From Eledone cirrhosa (lineage: Eukaryota), in assembly GCA_964016885.1 (NCBI GenBank), contig OZ024740.1:362328001-362392000 (forward strand): DNA of 64,000 nucleotides, in the 5' to 3' direction. Positions 1-13,518 of the stretch are shown here, in pieces (position 1 is the stretch's first letter; the number at the start of each line of letters is the position of its first letter). The notes beneath the pieces were generated by a model. The model searched no databases. It had not been told where the DNA came from and saw only the letters and a program-made list of their open reading frames with translations. Both the position numbers and the translations under genes were made by a program.

Positions 1-926
1 TGATATGCCTAACATATTCGGTTTTTGTTTTGCACAGCCTACATTTATTGTCAATATGACTTCCTAGTTTGTGTAGTAGGTACTTGGTGAGGATTTCTTT
101 TTCCTGGATTGCATGGAGATATCCTTTAAGGTCGGATGTATGAACTTATCGGAACTCCATGATAGGCTTTTAGTATTGTGTATCCCCTCTATGGAGTACA
201 TTTATTGTTTCAAATAGCCATGTAAAACCTTCTCAGTGAATTGATCTATTTTCTTTTGTGCAAGCATTGAGTAAAGTTTTTCAATGTTCCTGCACGAGAT
301 TTGTATCAGATTTTATTTTGTATCCCTCCTTTAGATCAGTGGCTATCCTAACAATGTTGTTATTTTCATGCTCATAAACCTGGGTGAGATGATTGCTGAC
401 CTTTTCCTTCCATGATACTATCCAGGTTTCATATGGATTTTAGACTTCAGCTACCTTCCTTCCGTGGGAAATGTAGCCTATCTACCTCACTATTACAGTA
501 ACACTGAGCAGCTTGTGAGTCCTTATCCATCTCATTCAATTCTTGCAGTGATCAGTTCAGCAGGCTAAATGTTGGTGTTAAGATCATATTATGGGCAATG
601 TGTTTGTGGTATGCTGAGATCTCTGATGATTATATTCTCTTTACTCTCCTGAAGTATTCATTCCAGGTCCTTATTTAGGGGACCTTTGATCTGACATTCT
701 TATTCTGTCCAAGATGCCTATAATTGACACCTGACTGTAGAGGTTGTATCGTTAAACCATTCAAGTTTAGATTTTCAGAGGAGGGCACAACTTTTCTGTT
801 TTATTGTCAAAAACGTGTATTTGGATTCACCAAATTTCTGTGAAAAATTGAGAGTATGTATGTGTATATGGTATTCATTTGCAACTTTCAACTACTAATT
901 TATGCATATTTTTAAAACTTTCATAG

Positions 927-1690
927 TCAGTCTTTTTTTGCTTGAAAACAATAACCATTTTGGCATTCGTTTCTTGCAGAATAATTGACTATGGGCAATT
1001 TTGAACCCCTCAATTTGTGGAAAAGGCATAGATTTCTTGGAATCTGTGCCAGAAGGACAAACAAGGAGATTTCTGACTTCCCCAACATCAGCAGAAGGAT
1101 GGTGGAAAAGGTCAGAAAGGAGCTGGAAGATTCAGGATTCAACTATGAAGCAACAGCAGAAAGGAACGCCCATGGTTGACAATCTGACACCGTCAGAACA
1201 CCAGAGTTCATCACCAAAGTCCAGATGATCATCAACAATGATCCTAGCAAGCCGATGCATGCCATTGCAAGGGAGAAAGGTGTGGTTGAAATGCTCATCA
1301 GTCTGGTGGTGCATGAAGATATTCACTACTTTTCATACAAGATGACAAAGGGACAATATCTATCCAAGGCAATGCAAGAAAAGCAACTCAAGCACATCAA
1401 CAAGCTGATCAACAAGCTGAAACACCCACTGGAGCCAGACATTCTGTGGTTCTCCAATGAGAAGAACTTCTACCAAGACCAGAAGATCAACTCCCAGAAT
1501 AAGCGGTAGCTTGCTGTCTCACACTGGGACATGTCCAGAGTCATGCAGACAAAGTTTCCAGTGACAGTGTCTTTGGTGTTGTCAGTAGTGAAGGTGATAT
1601 CATGCGACCCCACTTCTTACCTGAGGGCCTCAGGCTGAACACCGACAGCTACATCCACATTCTGAGCAAGGAGGTGAAGCCTGGATTGAT
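927..1690 (+). mobile_element. Decayed Tc1/mariner-superfamily transposase, probably maT/DD37D-like
   Basis: Fragmented ORFs 985-1179 and 1225-1509 with 'ILWFSNEKNF' (first catalytic D position degenerate); downstream frame reads VVSSEGDIMRPHFLPEGLRLNTDSYIHIL..VKPW; stops and frameshifts; no TIRs identified. Confidence 0.7.
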
Positions 1691-1841
1691 AGGCTTTTAA
1701 TATGGTTTATCCCCTATTTTTCACTCCAATAAGAACATGTATTTTGGGTAGTGGATCTGCAAACTCCTCATAAATGATTCGTAGGTATCCTCTTTCTCTT
1801 TTATTTTTATGCATATGTATGTTATGCATGTATGTATGTAT

Positions 1842-4028
1842 GTTCTTCTGGTTTAATAATTTCACAAAGTTTTACCAATAGAGAGAGAGTCGGTTTCTAA
1901 CATAGACACAAGACTCTCTCATTGGAACTTACACAACATCAACTAGGTAGATATGTATGTATGCATGTGTAGATATGGATGTTATTGTATGTGTGGATGT
2001 GGATGTTTTGAGTTGTATATGTGCATGTGTATATGCTTTGTATCTGTACATGTGTATATGCAGTTATTAGATGCAGGATTTTTGGAATGTTTTACATATT
2101 TTTACTGGATTGTACTTGTAATTTCCTAACTAGTTGTGTTCTTTCTGTTCCTGTGAAGCCTAGCTTCTCAGGATTTGTATTGAGGCAGTTACTAACATAC
2201 CCCAGTGCCCCAATAATCACAGTCATAAATCTGAAGGTGTAATCAGGGTGGAGTATCTGCAGATTTCTCATCAGTTCTGCATAAATATTCTCCTTTTCAC
2301 TAATCTTTGATATTATATTGGCATCTGCTGGGCAGCTAATTTCCACTACTGTGCATGTTTTCTTCTCCCTGTCCCATATAATAATATCTGGTCTGTTATG
2401 CCTGCACTTTATTGGGGTTTTTACTGGAACATTCCACGAGGACTCTTTCATATTATGTACATGGATATCTTCCACATTACTGTAGCTTTTAATGTGTTTA
2501 TTATCGGGGCTATCTTTTTTACGAACTGCATTGTACAGTGTTTTGGCCACTATATTGTGCCTCATAGGTAGATAGTACCGCGATGACATCTTTGGACAGC
2601 TGCTGATGACATGGGTGATATCCTCGATGTTAGTTCTGCAGAGTCTGCACTTGTTATCACATCTAGGTGTTTTGCCTGCATCCCTATCTCTTTTGTGAAT
2701 CGGGTATTTCGTGCTAATCTCCTGTTTTGGGATTGCAAAAGCGTATCCTTCAAAGTGGGAGCCAATATAGCGGTTGTTGGTCCAAGATAGACTACTTTCC
2801 TTATCTATATTACTCTCACTCTGGAGCTTCCTGGCAACATATCCATGCATGATTTTTTGCTGATAGGCATGCAGTTTTTCATCCATGGATTCACTGCGAT
2901 ACTGCTGAGCAACATCCATGGGTGTGTTTTTGGTTATCACACAGGGAATATCTCTCAAGGAGTTCCTTCCCAACACTCATGATCTTATCTGTTTCATGCA
3001 GATAGACTTGCTCGAGAAGCGGGCTCCTACACTTCGAGGTTCGTAGATATTGTCGGAGAGATATGATGCAACATTCAAATGTTGTCTGGACTGATGTTAG
3101 GCCTCTGCCTCCCTGCTTACGTTTCAAGTAAAGGCGGTCTATGTCACTGTTGATGTGGAAGTTTCTGGTGTTGTTCAGTATTTTTCGAGTTCCAACATCA
3201 ACTGCTCGGATTTCGTCTATCGTCCAATTGAGTATTCCAAACGCTGGTGTTAGGACAGGCACAGCAAACACATTGTGAGCCACTGTTTTGTTTTGTGCAG
3301 AGAGTTCCGATGACCAAATCTTTCTTAATCAGGTGTAGTATTCTCTGGTTACGCTTTCTTTATTACAGATACCATTATAGGATATGTTCTCATCTATCCC
3401 CAGGTATCTGTAGCAGTCCTCATCAGACATCGGTGAAAGTTAGACCATTGATGACAATGTTGCTAGATTGGGTTGTTGTTTTTCCCCGCTTTACAGTCAT
3501 GTATGAGCATTTATCTTGGCCAAACTCCATTCCTATATCCTTTGAGAACGTTGTAACCAGGTCAAAATTTTTCTTCATCCCATCCATGTTCTTGGCATAG
3601 AGTTTCAGATCGTCCACAAAGAAGTTATGGGTTAGGTTCGTATTTCTGTCCTCCTGTGAGCCAATGATGTATCCCTCACATTTCTTGAGCAGAAAGGACA
3701 AGGGGTTTAATGACAAGATGAACAATATCACAGAGAGACTGTACCCCTGAAATATACCCCTGCAATATTTTATTTTATCAGTGAAAATAGAGTCCTCCCT
3801 CTCTGTCTTTAACCCTAGGATAGTAGCCCAAGAAGAAGACAGCCTCTCTATGGCTCTGACAATAATGTCTGGGACTTTAGCAAGTTGGAGGGCCTCTATC
3901 ATCCAAGAGTGGGGAACAGAATCGAAAGCTTTCCTGTAGTCCAGCCAGACTAGTCATATTCCTCCTAAGTTATCGTACCTTCGACATCGCAGTTTTGTTG
4001 ATTAGGAGTTGTTCAGCACATCCCCAAA
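1842..4028 (-). mobile_element. 5'-truncated R4/Dong-clade (RLE) non-LTR retrotransposon, copy 1
   Basis: RT motifs GIFQGYSLS and FVDDLKLY, CCHC knuckle CRLC..HVISSC, restriction-like endonuclease RPDII..EISCP..K..Y; flanked on both sides by (TATG)n; closely matches 49357-51540. Confidence 0.9.
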
Positions 4029-4058
4029 TGTATGTATGCATTTATGTTTGTATGTATG

Positions 4059-4092
<34 letters not shown>

Positions 4093-5161
4093 TGTATGCA
4101 TGTATGTATGCATATATATATGTATGTGTATCAATGCCCTACCACCTGTATCCACTCTACCATTTTTGTGTTTCCAAAAGTATATATAATAAAACATCAA
4201 GTTGTTGAATTGACTAAGTAGTTAAGCTGGTGATATATTCAACCAATCATCCATTTATTATATTATACCTTTACATAAAATAATTTTCTTGTCCTCATAT
4301 ATTCTGTCTACTTGGAAAATAAATACCATTTCAAAATAGAAAATTTGGCATAAGGAAGTTAAGTAGCTGCTTGAAGTAGTCATAAAAATACCCTGATTTT
4401 TTAACCCAAAGTTTTGCATTAAAATCTTTGGTATTTAAATAAGATAGAAATAAATATATAAATAAAAGTATCATATTAGCTATTTTTTAGCTTCGTCAGT
4501 TCTTACAATAAGCATTTCAGCTGTTTGATCCATGGAACAGCCTGCTCAAGAAATTAACATATAAGTAGCCGAGCATTCCACAGAAAATTGTACCCTTAAT
4601 AAAATTCCCAGGGAAATTCAATATAACAGAGTGTGAGATAGGACTGACTCTTTAAATCACCACTGCAACAAATGTTTTTTCAACTTATAAAACTGGAGTT
4701 ATGTGAAAATAAAGTGTCTTGCTTAAGAACACAATGCACTACCAGGAATTGAACTCACAACCTTAAGATTATAAGCCAAACACCTTAACTAATAAGACAC
4801 ACATCTTCATAATATAGAGGAAACTACTTAGTATAGTCACAGATAATGTTATCAATTGGTTATCATTATCAAAATTAGTGGGTCTCAAACTCTATTTAAA
4901 ATGAATTAAAAAATCTTCACTTTTTAGAAGCAGACCTTCAGATAACAACTACACAGCCATTACTACTAATGTATTACCTATGGAGTTCAAAACTAAGATC
5001 AAAACAAAAGCATGCTAGCTATCGAGACATGCTAGCTATAGAGAGTTATGATGGTGATGGTGGTGGAATGTTAGTGCTGGAAGAAGAGATTGTGATGTTT
5101 AAGTTGGTTGGTGTAGCTGGGGATATTGATGTATATACATATATATATATATATATATACA

Positions 5162-5800
5162 CTAGCAGTGGTACTTGGCGTTGCACGGGATAAGGTAGTC
5201 TTGAACGCTGGCTGCCAACAGACCTAATCGTGGAAAAACTGCATACCTGGACAATATGTAAAGAAAATAAACCGAATATCTGATGGCTGGATAATCTTTA
5301 AGATTTTACTCGATCAAGCAGGAAAATGCAGGTTTTCACCTAATGCGAGCCCTAGGGGATCAAGAAAATGAATTTTTTTTATGTGCATAATATGCCTTGA
5401 AATTTCGGGAAAATCGGCTAGACGTAACGCCTCAAAATAGCCCTAAACAGCTGAAAAAATGAAGTTTTTCACCTAATGCGAGCCCTAGGCCATAAAAAAG
5501 TATTTGCTCATGGTATGAGGAAGAGACTGACTAATACATAGTTACAATTTCAAGGAAATCGGTTTGACGTAACGCCTCAAAAAACCCTAAAAACCTGAAA
5601 AAATGCAGTTTTTCACCTAATGCAGGCCCTAGGAGATCAAAAAGATTAATTTGTTTATGTGTATAACACTCCCTGAAACAAGTAATACACATGTAAAGTT
5701 TGAAAAATGTCGGCTGGGTATTTCTCGAGTTTTATGGATTCAAACTCACAGACACAGACACACACACAGAGACAGACATCCTCAGTTTTATATATATAGA
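5162..5800 (-). mobile_element. Non-autonomous Helitron (Lep1-like architecture)
   Basis: Minus strand starts A|TCTATATATATAAAA, then a (TG/TC) microsatellite, and ends with a degenerate GC-rich subterminal hairpin (CCCGTGCAACGCC) and CTAG|T; three internal repeats containing TTTTCACCTAATGC..GCCCTAGG. Confidence 0.75.
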
Positions 5801-5977
5801 TAATTGTTTCTACTTTTGGCACAAGGCCAGCAATTACCCAGTGCATTACTGGTACTTTATTTTATCGACCCCCGTAAGGATGAAAGGCAAAGTTAACCTC
5901 GGTAGGGATTTGAACTCAGAATGGCAAGGGTCGTAACTCTATGCGTCAAAGCATGGCGTCCGACCCTCTACCGATAT
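5801..5977 (-). mobile_element. tRNA-derived SINE (Meta-domain-like core)
   Basis: B box GTTCAAATCC and core TTGCCTTTCATCCTTACGGGGTCGATAAAATAAAGTACCAG on the minus strand; same family as 23142-23329. Confidence 0.85.
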
Positions 5978-6403
5978 AGAAAACCACGATGAAAAAATTT
6001 AAGACTTTTTATTTGCATTTCACATGTTCATCAAGAAAGAACTGAAAAAAAGGAAATGTTGAAAAACTCATACACTATCCATTATTCATTGATAGAGATG
6101 TATCTCTGTATTAGAATCTAATAAATTTATATCTGTACATATACAATATAGTTTAACTGAGACTGTAAATGTGTATATAAATATACACATTGAATATATA
6201 GATATGTGAATATGGCATGTTTACTTATTTCCCTGTAAACTGAAAAATAATGAATATTAAAAATGTTCTACTTATTAGAATTAAAAGCCCAATTATTTTT
6301 ATTTCCACTGCTTAATGTTATCAGCTGGTTATTGTTAATGAAAGGTTTTTACAATAAAGGGATCCTGATAAAAGCCTCCACTGTAATTAAACATTATTTT
6401 GTG

Positions 6404-6436
<33 letters not shown>

Positions 6437-6439
6437 TGA

Positions 6440-7260
6440 AGCAAGGTAGAGGGGAGGTTCAGCCAAATTCATTACAGGCAAGGAACACTGGTTCAAATTA
6501 TTCTAGATGGGTGGCAAAAATGGGGTGGGTGGGTGGAGTAGGAATGCTCCTCGCTGAGAGATGGGTAGACCATGTAATTGAGGTAGTGAGAGTGAGTGAC
6601 AGACTAATTGAACTTAGACTAGCCTTAAGCAATACTACAGCCACTATACTATCTGTATACACCCGACAAGCTGGTCTTGCCAATCAACAAAAAGACCATT
6701 TCTATGAGGCCTTCCCAACATAGAATAGTTGTCAGTGACCTTAGAGTAAGAGCTAGATGGACCAAGAGACAAAAGCCAATCTGGAGAAGGAAGACTTGGA
6801 AGCTGAGAGAACTCTCTGTAGGTAACAAATTCAGAGAAATCCTTCTTGACACTTATGACAGTAAGGAAGAAAGGTTGGGGACATATGACAAAGAGAAAAA
6901 TTTGAAATTCCTACAGGACAACCTGCTGGACGCCACAAGCCAGCTCTGTAGCTGGGAAAAGGTCCTTAGATCTATACCAACATTAGGGAAGTACATACTG
7001 TAAAGTGGTTGCTGATAGGAAGGGCATGCATCAATAGAAAGTTTGCCAAACAAATGTTGGGAGGACCCTCAGTTATATCAAAGACATGGCAACCTATCCT
7101 GAGCACTCGGTGGAATGTGAGATCGTATATAAACGAGACCGATCCTTGGCCTGCTCAGAAAAGCAGTGGCTCCACTTCATTACTGACTCGGTCTGTATGG
7201 ATCCATCCACCCTTGCTAACAGGGAAAGTGGACATTAAAACGATGACGGTGATGATGATG
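6440..7260 (+). mobile_element. RTE LINE fragments (APE endonuclease region plus 3' tail)
   Basis: GGVGMLLAERW..VIEVVRVSDRLI..ILSVY..Q and SQHRIVVSDL are APE-domain-like; ends in GGACATTAAAACGATGACGGTGATGATG tail. Confidence 0.75.
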
Positions 7261-7687
7261 ATTTATAGTACAGAGATAGTAACTTCATAATTAGATGCCA
7301 AAGTTTGAAAACCACCACCAACTCTATTACAGCACTGTTGGAAGTATGAAGATAATTTAGATATATTCTTCCTGTTAAAGGATTTTAAAAAAAGGGTGCA
7401 TTCATTTTGGCATTGATGCAAACAAGATGTTGCTTTAACCCCCTTTCATTAAAATATATCTCATGAAACATTGTCAATGATTTTCAAATAAATTTGAAAA
7501 TAACCAAGAATTTGGAAAGACTTACCAATATGATTAACTTTCTCTTTATTTAACAGATTTTTGGAACAGAACTTAACAAAGGATTTTATATAAAATTATA
7601 GAATCATGCATTAAATAACTCAGACTTCCTGAAACTATTCCTTGTTTTATGATACAAAACTGCTTGTTTTTAAAGTGTTTATATTCA

Positions 7688-7836
7688 CCATACTTCCCGG
7701 CATCAAAGACACTACTCTTTTCCTAAAATAAATCCTGGAGGCCGAAGGTTGTTTATTATTTGTTTTTCAAATCTTTAGTTGTCAAAATTAGGGTGCTTCC
7801 TCGAGGATGAAGCGTCTTCGGCGCCAGGAAATATGG
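7688..7836. mobile_element. Tc2/pogo-like MITE
   Basis: Imperfect TIRs CCATACTTCCCGGCATCAAAGAC / GTCTTCGGCGCCAGGAAATATGG followed by TA. Confidence 0.6.
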
Positions 7837-10800
7837 TATTTAAAAAATTCTCCCATCAAATTTCTATGTAAGGACATTTGTTAAATTATATTCCAGACAT
7901 TTGCTTAATAATTATTAATAAGAAAGTTAGTGATATTACTAAATTCCTCTAAATTCTTGATTATTTTCAAAATGGTTTGAAAATAATAGGCAGTATCTTT
8001 TATAAGAAATATTTTAATAAAAAGGTTAAAATATACATACAATATAGGGTTGAAGTCTATTTAGTTTTGTCAGTGATATGAAAACCTCTCTAATGCTGGT
8101 GGCATGATGAAATACACCCAGTACACTCTGTAAAGTAAATGGTATTGTGAAGGGCATCCACCCATAGAAACCATACCAAAATTTGGAATGTATAAACTTG
8201 ACATGTATAGGAGGGTAGTAATGCCAAATAAGAACTGGCTTATATTGTAGCAAGTTATCCAACCCATGCCAACATGAAAATCTGACGAAAAATGATGATG
8301 GTGATATCAGTAGGTAATGAGCATCCTCTACGTGGTCGTTAAACAGGCTAAAAATATCAGTTAACTTTTCAAGAAATTATAACCTACATAAGCAAGACAC
8401 AGATCCCTGGCCTATCTGGGAGATCAGTAGCCCTACTTCAGTACTGACTTGGTGTATGTACACCTGTCCACTCTTGCAAGCAGAGAAAGCAGACATTAAA
8501 ACGATAATGATAAAGAGTCTTCTAAAAAGTAGACGAAATGGTCTTCATCCTCAGCCTTGTTGTTCTTAGCCTTGCCTTTCCTCTACTTCTTTCCACATTC
8601 CTTCTGTCACTCCTCCCAGCCAGTCATTTTCACTCTTCCTCAGTACATGACACAACCATCTCAATCAAATTCTCTTCATAACATTCATCACTGGCTCTAT
8701 TCCTCTCAGTCAATCAATATTGTCCTTCTTCAACACACAACCCACCCATCTCATTTCATTTCTCTTCATAACATTCATCAGTAGTTCTATTCCTATCATT
8801 CCCTACAACTCATTGTTTATCTTTTTTCTCTCTATGATACTCCTTTCATCCACCAGATCATCCTCATTTCTATTCTTTCCATGCTACTCAAGTATTATAT
8901 TATATTTTGATCCTGATATATGAAATCAAATGATAAAGAATATCTAGATAATTCCAGTTTCTAAATGACCCACAAACATTAATACTGATATTAACAAAAT
9001 ATGCTAGCCAATATTATCGATAGTTTTATGTTATATATTTATAATAGTACTTATCTATTTGAGATAGCTTGCTACCATTTAAAAATTATTATTGTTGATC
9101 ATATCTTTCATTTATCACATGCTAACTCTTTTATATTTTATATTTAAAAATTTGATTTGCAGTTTTACCCTTTCATTACCATATTGTAATGAAAGACACT
9201 GTCTATGTTTTTCAAATCATTCTGAAAGTGATCAAGAAAATGGAAAGGCTTAGTAATATGACTAACTTTCTAATTTTTCAGATGGTGTTTGGAGCATACC
9301 TTAACAAATGTTCTGACATAAAATACAATGAAAGGTTTTTAGATAAATATAAACAGAACTGAGCTGCCTGGCAATATGCCATAACAAAAAAGACTCACCC
9401 ATTAGTGCAAACATTACCAAACAAAAAGTAAATGTAGTAATCAGTGGCTACAGTGTTAGTGATTAAATTGAAACAATATACAGGGTGGTGGAAGCATTTC
9501 TGAATTTGGGCATGGGGAGAAGGGCAAATTTTGTCAGTTGTAGTGATTAGTTTAGCTCTTTGTACTCTAAAAGGGTCAGAAAACTTCAATATGCGATAAA
9601 CATAACATGTACATAAATTGTAGCGCATATACAAATAGATGTGTGTTTTGGTAGTTTGGGGAGAAAACTATAATTCCACCACCCCTACTATAGGGTCTGA
9701 GAGGATTCTTCTGCCTGGATGATTATTTAAAAGATTATTTGAAAATCAAAGGTTATGTCTTTCATTAGAAATATAGTAATGAAAGGGTTAATGATACAAC
9801 TGGATGTTCATCATTGAAAATGATGGAGGATCCATCATATGGTACTATTATTACTAAGGAATCTATGGCTTGTTCAGTTTAGTTCTCATCAAAATTTTAT
9901 TTTACCTATTTTGATTTCACTAATCCATATGGTTATCAATTCAGTTATGGTTGACTTCATATTTTCTATTAATAGAAACTGTACTAAATGACTTTACTGC
10001 AACTTGTTTGATATTTTATTGGACTGAGTTAAAAAATCTTCCCATTTCTAAGGTTTATAAGATAAAAAAGGAAATGGAGGTACTGCAAAATATCCTGTCT
10101 GACTCTATAACAATTCTGCCTATCCACCAATTCTGCCAATCTACCAATACTGCCAATTCATGCACTGGCACTGAAATGATGAAAGGCAAAGTGTACTACC
10201 CTGTTACCATGTGATTTGAACTCAAGGGCAAAGATCCTAAACAAATACCAAGGTGTTTAATCTGACTCTTCAATGTCCCGACCAATTCACCACCTAATAA
10301 TCTATGAAAGGATTAGTAAAGTGAATATTTCAGAAGCTGTTGCCTCTCCAATGAAAGATAGAAAGATCCAAGTAGTAAATAAAGTTAAAAGTATTGTTTG
10401 ACACTAAAGGAGAAATGGAGTCAACGCAGCATTTAAAAACATTTATTTATAATTGTCTTTTTTGTCAAACTTACCTTTTTTTTCCCCTAGGGGCACCTTC
10501 CGCATGAAGAGAATATAGTTAAATGCACTCTAACAAACTGAATGAAGTGAACCAAAAATATTTCTTAATCAATTGAAATTACATCTGTAATGAGAAGAAA
10601 AGCTATGAATTAGTATCCAATGACAATTCTTTGACATGAGGTGGAAGGGAGAGAACTTTGAAATTTAAATTGATTAAAACTTCAAATTTGTAAAACAGAA
10701 TTTAAAGTAACATAAAAAAAGATCAAAAGGCTGGGTGGAGGACTCTACAATATTGACTTGACATTGGACAGTATTAAAAATTCAAAAGGAATATGCAATA

Positions 10801-12084
10801 TGGAGTGAAACTGATCCAATGATTCCCAAACTTGCAACTTAGCACATTGGTGTATTGTAAGATGTAGTTAGATATGCTGTGAAAGACAGGATACTATTTC
10901 AAACTGTGAAAAATACCATTTGAAATTTGTATTAAAGTTAACATATAACTGTCAAAGTGGGAAACAACTAAACTAAGAATGAAAACATTGCCAAAAATGC
11001 TAAGCACTTGTATCTCATTGATAACTTTACTCCTGACTAAAAGAGGAAGTATTAATAATTTTTAATTGCTTATATTTTTACCTTATGCTATATTAATATT
11101 TATAAATATCTCTTGTGAATAAATTTTCGAATTTAGGTACAATGTATGCCATTATATTTTTACTTATTTTTAAGTGTACCGTGAGTAAAAAAAGGTTTGG
11201 AAAACACTAGTCTGACCTTTGGGAGTTGTTGTGACAATGCCAAAAATGTTTCAGTCTCATTTGACCTTTTCAGAGTGGCTTTAAAACAAATTTTAGAAAA
11301 CATAAATTATTCACTTATAAGGCAATTTAACTCTTTCAATGCCAAACTGTCAGAAAAATACCTCAGTTTGTTTTAAAGCGTTCATTTACATTTATCCAAA
11401 ATACATCTATGATAATTTATGTTAGAACATTTGTTAAGATATGTTCCAAACATCAACTAACAATGAGAAAGTTAGTCATATTACTAATATGCATGCTGTG
11501 TCTAGTAGTGCTATTTCATCTAAGAATTCTTAGAGAAGAAAACAGAACTAGACTTGGATGATTTATTAACTTAAAGGGAAATATATTCTCTCTACTTAAT
11601 GTATTTGGTGCTTTGTCTAAAATTTTAGTTCCATCCATTTCAAAGGTGAAGTGCTGGTATCGCAAGAAAATGCAACCAGTATACTCTGTAACATGGCTGG
11701 CAAAACCATTTTGCTGGTTTGAGAGCTGATGAAGATGAAGATGTGTGTGTGTGTGAACTTGTCTTGTACATGGCATTTCTTTATTTTCTTCTTCCAGTCA
11801 TTTCTATTCACCAACGCACTTCTTATAGCATCAAAGTGGTTTTATTCACAACATTTTTCTGATTGGTTTTGAATCAAACCTATAAATTTCAAACTAAAAC
11901 CACAGTAATTATGTGGCTATTAATTTGGTTAAAAGCTGTATAGTGGGTGGTGTTAACTTTTAATTAGCTAATAGATATTTAAATGGACTGACTGAAACTT
12001 AATTATTGTCTAGCCAGGAAGGAGGTCACTGATTAAATTGAAAAGTCATGCCATTATCATTATTGTTGTTGATGTTGTTGCTGG

Positions 12085-12200
12085 TGCTTTATTTTATTGA
12101 CCCCTTAAGGATGAAAGGCAAAGCTAACCTCGGCAGGATTCGAACGTTCTGAGTTCAAATCCTGCCGAGGTTAGCTTTGCCTTTATACAGGGTCGATTTA
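12085..12200. mobile_element. Head-to-head fused SINE halves
   Basis: 12114-12145 and 12153-12184 are near-perfect inverted copies of the SINE B-box/core region. Confidence 0.75.
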
Positions 12201-12509
12201 ATTGACTTTCTCATCTCCAATTGCTGTCCTTGTGCTTATAGTAGAAATCATTATTATTAGTCTCACATGTATTTTTAATGTGTGTCATCACTTCATTACC
12301 TAGCATAGCTTTGTGTCCCTTGGGTATGCTCAGTGTTTTGGGGTTTGGGATTTTTCTATTGTATTGAGAATACTGTTCATAATAGGTGAGCAGTACCCAG
12401 TGTTGCTATTGCAGTGTATGCTGTATATAATTGCATGTCTTGGGGTTTGGCTTGTGTATAGGTTTATGTGTATTTTTTATCATTTCCTGAGCATCTATTA
12501 CTATTATTA

Positions 12510-12685
12510 TGGATTTGGTAGAATCAATAGAGCGTCGCGCTTACGTAGAGTTACGGCGCTTTACATTCTGAGTTCGAATCCTACCATGGTTAACTGTGCC
12601 TTTCATCCTTACGAGGTCAATAAAATAAGCACCAGTAATGTACTGGGGTAATTGTTGGCTTTGTGCCAAAAGTAGAAACAATTAG
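12510..12685 (+). mobile_element. tRNA-derived SINE
   Basis: A-box-like TGGTAGAATCAA, B box GTTCGAATCC, core GCCTTTCATCCTTACGAGGTCAATAAAATAAG. Confidence 0.75.
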
Positions 12686-13518
12686 TATTATTATATCTAC
12701 AGTACTTTCATACCAAGATTCCACTGCTTCACCCAGTGAACTTCTATGTTCCTGAGTTATGTGCAGCATTGTGCTCTTACTTTTATTGAGATTGGATGAG
12801 TAAAGACTCCTGTTAGTGTACTGCATTAGTCTTTTTTTATAGGGCTTAGCATGTTGTTTCTAGTGTTATTTTAGAGTTTGTTCTGTTATGTATGGTGTGT
12901 GTGTAATGTGAGTTGTGTTATTTTTATCATCATCATCATCATCATCACCATTGGGATGCCACTTTATTGAAATAACTACTATTCATGTCACCTGATTTAT
13001 GGATTTGTCAATTAACTTGTAGTAGAAACTTAGTAGCAATCTTCTGTTACTATGCCAACTAGTTACTGAATACAGTAAGCTTTAGAACCAACTGTCATTT
13101 TCTCTTAACTTTTATAGCTCTCAGCCAAACTTGGTAACTTGAGGAGATAAATTTTCTGGAAGTCAGCAAGAATTTTTCTGAAAGTGATACTGCCAACTTT
13201 TGTTGTAAAGTCATTTGTCAATCTTTCAGTTTTTAACAAATGTCTTCAAAACATAACATAAACTAATAAATTGAAACACTATGATGAAATAAAATTGTGT
13301 GTATTTTAAGTTATAGCTGAAACATTATGTTAAAATCATTTAACACTTGATAGATTATATTCTGGTGAATTATATTTTAGTAAACTATATTTTGGTAAAT
13401 TAATATTTTCTTTTTATCTTTTTTTTTTCTAACTATAATTTTTCATGAATATAGGAAAACAATATCTCTAACCATTTGGATAAAACATCTTTTTAATAAA
13501 TTTTATCATATTTACATA

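Noticed and set aside
4465-4505. Minus-strand CTGACGA followed by a perfect AGCTA/TAGCT stem
   Set aside because: Followed by AATA rather than GAAA, with no helix I.
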